Shown: one piece after another, positions 29,872 through 32,274 of the stretch | Position numbering within the stretch: position 1 is the stretch's first letter | How the letters are laid out: the number at the start of each line of letters is the position of its first letter | Assembly (NCBI GenBank): GCA_008369845.1 | Contig: MRSU01001175.1 | Span: 1-32,274, forward strand | Origin: Trichomonas gallinae | Lineage: Eukaryota | Direction: 5' to 3' | DNA: 32,274 bases | The notes under the pieces: model-generated | Database searches by the model: none | What the model was told of the DNA's origin: nothing | Seen by the model: only the letters and a program-made list of their open reading frames with translations | Made by a program: the position numbers and the translations under genes

Positions 29872-30534
29872 TCACGCATAAATTGGTGTGGAAACTTTGT
29901 TTACACCATTCATTTGAGATATCATAAAGTTGATTTTCAATGATTTATTCGGCTTAATAATTTCAGCCATTTGAATCTTTCTTCGCTTTTGCATAAACTT
30001 CGATCGTATATTTGATATCCTGCATGCCTGATCTGGAGGCCTTACACTAAATACAGCCTCTTCTCGAGGTGCTGGTGGAGTGATGGGGAAAATCTCTTCT
30101 TGACGCTCAGATCCTAGAATAAATGATGCTTGTATTTCATAATCTATGCTAGGATGAGAGTTTTCGTAATTTTCTTCTTCTTCTTCTAAATCTTCCTTAT
30201 AACGAATCATATCCTCCTTGAACTTGACGAAATCAAATAGTTTTGATAAGCTTTGTACTACAGTTTTCGCTCTATAATTTTCATTATCGTAAATTTTGAT
30301 GATTCTTGTTTCAAAATCGGACATTGATATATACATTTGTGGACAGAGACAGTTTTCGATGACGTTTTGAATCAAATCGATGAATTTATTATAAATTTGA
30401 AATTCATTTAGCGAACAGTCAACATTTGGATTAAATGATGAGCAGTACATCGTTTTAAACTCGATACACGGATCTATCCAATCATCTGATGATAAAAAAT
30501 CCGCAACAAAGTCAATAAATTCCTCATCATTCAT
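29872..30534 (-). CDS. BART-domain (ARL2BP/CFAP36-like) protein
   Basis: FL.S.DW..P..EF....C..F......L....IYNKF..L....IE..L........F...L..L.DF..FK..M pattern matches the ARL2_Bind_BART consensus. First ATG (MNDEEF) is at 30534. Confidence 0.75.
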   Translation of the reverse strand: MNDEEFIDFVADFLSSDDWIDPCIEFKTMYCSSFNPNVDCSLNEFQIYNKFIDLIQNVIENCLCPQMYISMSDFETRIIKIYDNENYRAKTVVQSLSKLFDFVKFKEDMIRYKEDLEEEEENYENSHPSIDYEIQASFILGSERQEEIFPITPPAPREEAVFSVRPPDQACRISNIRSKFMQKRRKIQMAEIIKPNKSLKINFMISQMNGVNKVSTPIYA

Positions 30535-31081
30535 TATAAAATTTACGTTTTCAAAAATTATTAAATATTCAAGATAAGTAACAACCAAACTGTTGATATT
30601 TATTTAATTTTTATTTTTGACATTTGACACTTTACATTTTACATTTATTAAACGTATAATACTAAATTCATTTCATATTCATATCTATTTGATGAATATG
30701 TCATTGATTAATACTAACATTCTTTTTATAACCAGACATTTTGACAACACAACGCATAATAATACTACATAATACTTCAATATTTTTGATTTAATTTTGT
30801 TTATTATTTTGATTTCTGTAGGTTGTTACTGATTTTATATTGTAGAGAAGCATTTTGTAAATTAAATATGGTGAAACACTTTAAAAAAATTCAATATTTT
30901 AATTCAAATTTTGAAATCATCAACTATATTAATGATAACTCATCTATAAATACACACTATATTGAAGACTGATATCATGCAAAAGATGTAAAATAAATAA
31001 TAAGATGAATTATATTTAGAAGATCAGTTCAGACAATGAAAAAATTCATGAGTATATATTAAAAACATATCTATGTTACTT

Positions 31082-31636
31082 TCAGAAGCAGACAGCATTC
31101 CATTCTAGGGCATCCCAGCAATCATAACTATTTTCGACAATTTCAGATAACCTTGTAATAATTTTATCCACGTTACTGTTCCTCGTATTAAGGTTGTCTG
31201 TGATTTCGTGTTCGTTCTGTTTTAATTGATTTTGCAAAGATTCTTTTGTAATATTTCTACGTTTAAGAACCATCCATCTGCTTTTTACACTTGTGTCAGT
31301 TCTATTATTGAACCTCTTCGAAATTTGAACCCATTTAGGACCTAGTTCTTCATATAGGTTGAAAAGTTTAATATCTTCAGCAGTTGTAAATGGCGAATGA
31401 TTCACTCTCGGGGATAAGTAATTTTCCCATCTCTCGCGGCATTGTCTAGGATTTCTTGTTTCCATTTTTTGGGAAATCAAGTTCCAGTCAGACTCGCCGT
31501 ATTCTTCGACGAGCTTTTTGAGCTTCACGTCATCATCAACTGTGAACTTGACTTTGGGGTGTGTCTTCTTTGGCGCCTGAAACTGAAATCCAAAAAATTG
31601 ATTCATTGAACAATTGACACTTTTCGGATCAGACAT
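31082..31636 (-). CDS. R2R3 Myb-like DNA-binding protein
   Basis: KFTVDDDVKLKKLVEEYGESDWNLIS...RNPRQCRERWENYLSP followed by PFTTAEDIKL..LYEELGPKWVQISKRFNNRTDTSVKSRW. First ATG (MSDPKS) is at 31636. Confidence 0.96.
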   Translation of the reverse strand: MSDPKSVNCSMNQFFGFQFQAPKKTHPKVKFTVDDDVKLKKLVEEYGESDWNLISQKMETRNPRQCRERWENYLSPRVNHSPFTTAEDIKLFNLYEELGPKWVQISKRFNNRTDTSVKSRWMVLKRRNITKESLQNQLKQNEHEITDNLNTRNSNVDKIITRLSEIVENSYDCWDALEWNAVCF

Positions 31637-31679
31637 TTTTAAGGTTATCAAATTCCTCTAAATTATTGATTAAAACTAT

Positions 31680-31994
31680 TTTTAAAATGACCCAATATAA
31701 AATGTCAGATTCTTAAAAAGTGACACAATAAAAGTGACAAGAATTAAAAACTTTTTTTGACAAAGTTATAAACCTCAACAATCAGCCAAAGAATCGTTAT
31801 TTCTCCTATACCTATATCATAAACCATCAAAATATATCTATATTTTCGATTTATTACTAATATTTACTTATACTATGCATTATTGTCAAATCAATATTTG
31901 TTCCTCGATTAGTAAGACTATAATTCTCATTTTGGATAAATTACTGCTATATATGATATATAATATATCAATAATATATTGGGTCATTTTAAAA
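31680..31994. mobile_element. Candidate MITE / non-autonomous DNA transposon bounded by a perfect 20-bp inverted repeat
   Basis: TTTTAAAATGACCCAATATA (31680-31699) and TATATTGGGTCATTTTAAAA (31975-31994) are exact reverse complements around a 275-bp AT-rich non-coding interior. TTAA is present at both outer ends. Confidence 0.5.
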
Positions 31995-32191
31995 TGAAAT
32001 ACTGCTATTTTATATCAATACCCTACATTTAATCAGGCAATTTAAACATATTGATGATCAAGAAAAATAGCTTAACAGTATTAGGTTTATGATGTATAGC
32101 TTTGAATTATAACAAAATTCTGATAACATTACTCAAAAAATCAAAAGTTTGAAAGGTGATTAAGATATTCTAATAGAAAAGGGGGGAAACT

Positions 32192-32272
32192 TCAGCTCTT
32201 ACCGGATTTCTTCTTGAAACTCATATGGTAGATCCAGCATGCCATGGTGAGAAAATAATATAAGGCATGAAC
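32192..32272 (-). CDS. Possible 3' end of a gene entering from the right edge (hydrophobic helix plus basic tail)
   Basis: GC content rises at the window edge. One frame reads VHALYYFLTMACWIYHMSFKKKSGKS*. Too short to be sure of the frame. Confidence 0.3.
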   Translation of the reverse strand, partial: VHALYYFLTMACWIYHMSFKKKSGKS

Positions 32273-32274
32273 GA

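Overview
Eukaryotic genomic DNA, very AT-rich between genes, with compact genes and no evident introns. It most likely comes from a trichomonad (Trichomonas-like parabasalid). This is an inference from the gene families, TCA(Y)(W) initiator motifs just upstream of ATGs, and stop codons embedded in TAAA. The window holds the 3' end of phosphoglycerate kinase, a PAS-containing transmembrane adenylyl cyclase, a sugar-porter MFS transporter, two paralogous Cys/Asn-rich beta-helix-like proteins, a 1912-aa protein with a possible degenerate HECT C-lobe, a VPS9-like protein, a ~2020-aa coiled-coil protein, a divergent CK2 alpha, a BART-domain protein and an R2R3 Myb factor. Several ORF-track starts are TTG/GTG artefacts and are corrected to the first plausible ATG. 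I do not see a clear-cut new multi-gene system. The best leads are: (1) both beta-helix paralogues have 5'-end lesions (no start codon; a frameshift at a CT tract); (2) a GC-enriched, foldable ~170-nt intergenic island that may be an ncRNA; (3) a 20-bp perfect inverted repeat with TTAA ends, MITE-like, in the Myb promoter; (4) the cysteine-less HECT-like tail. All domain calls come from motif recognition by eye, not database searches.
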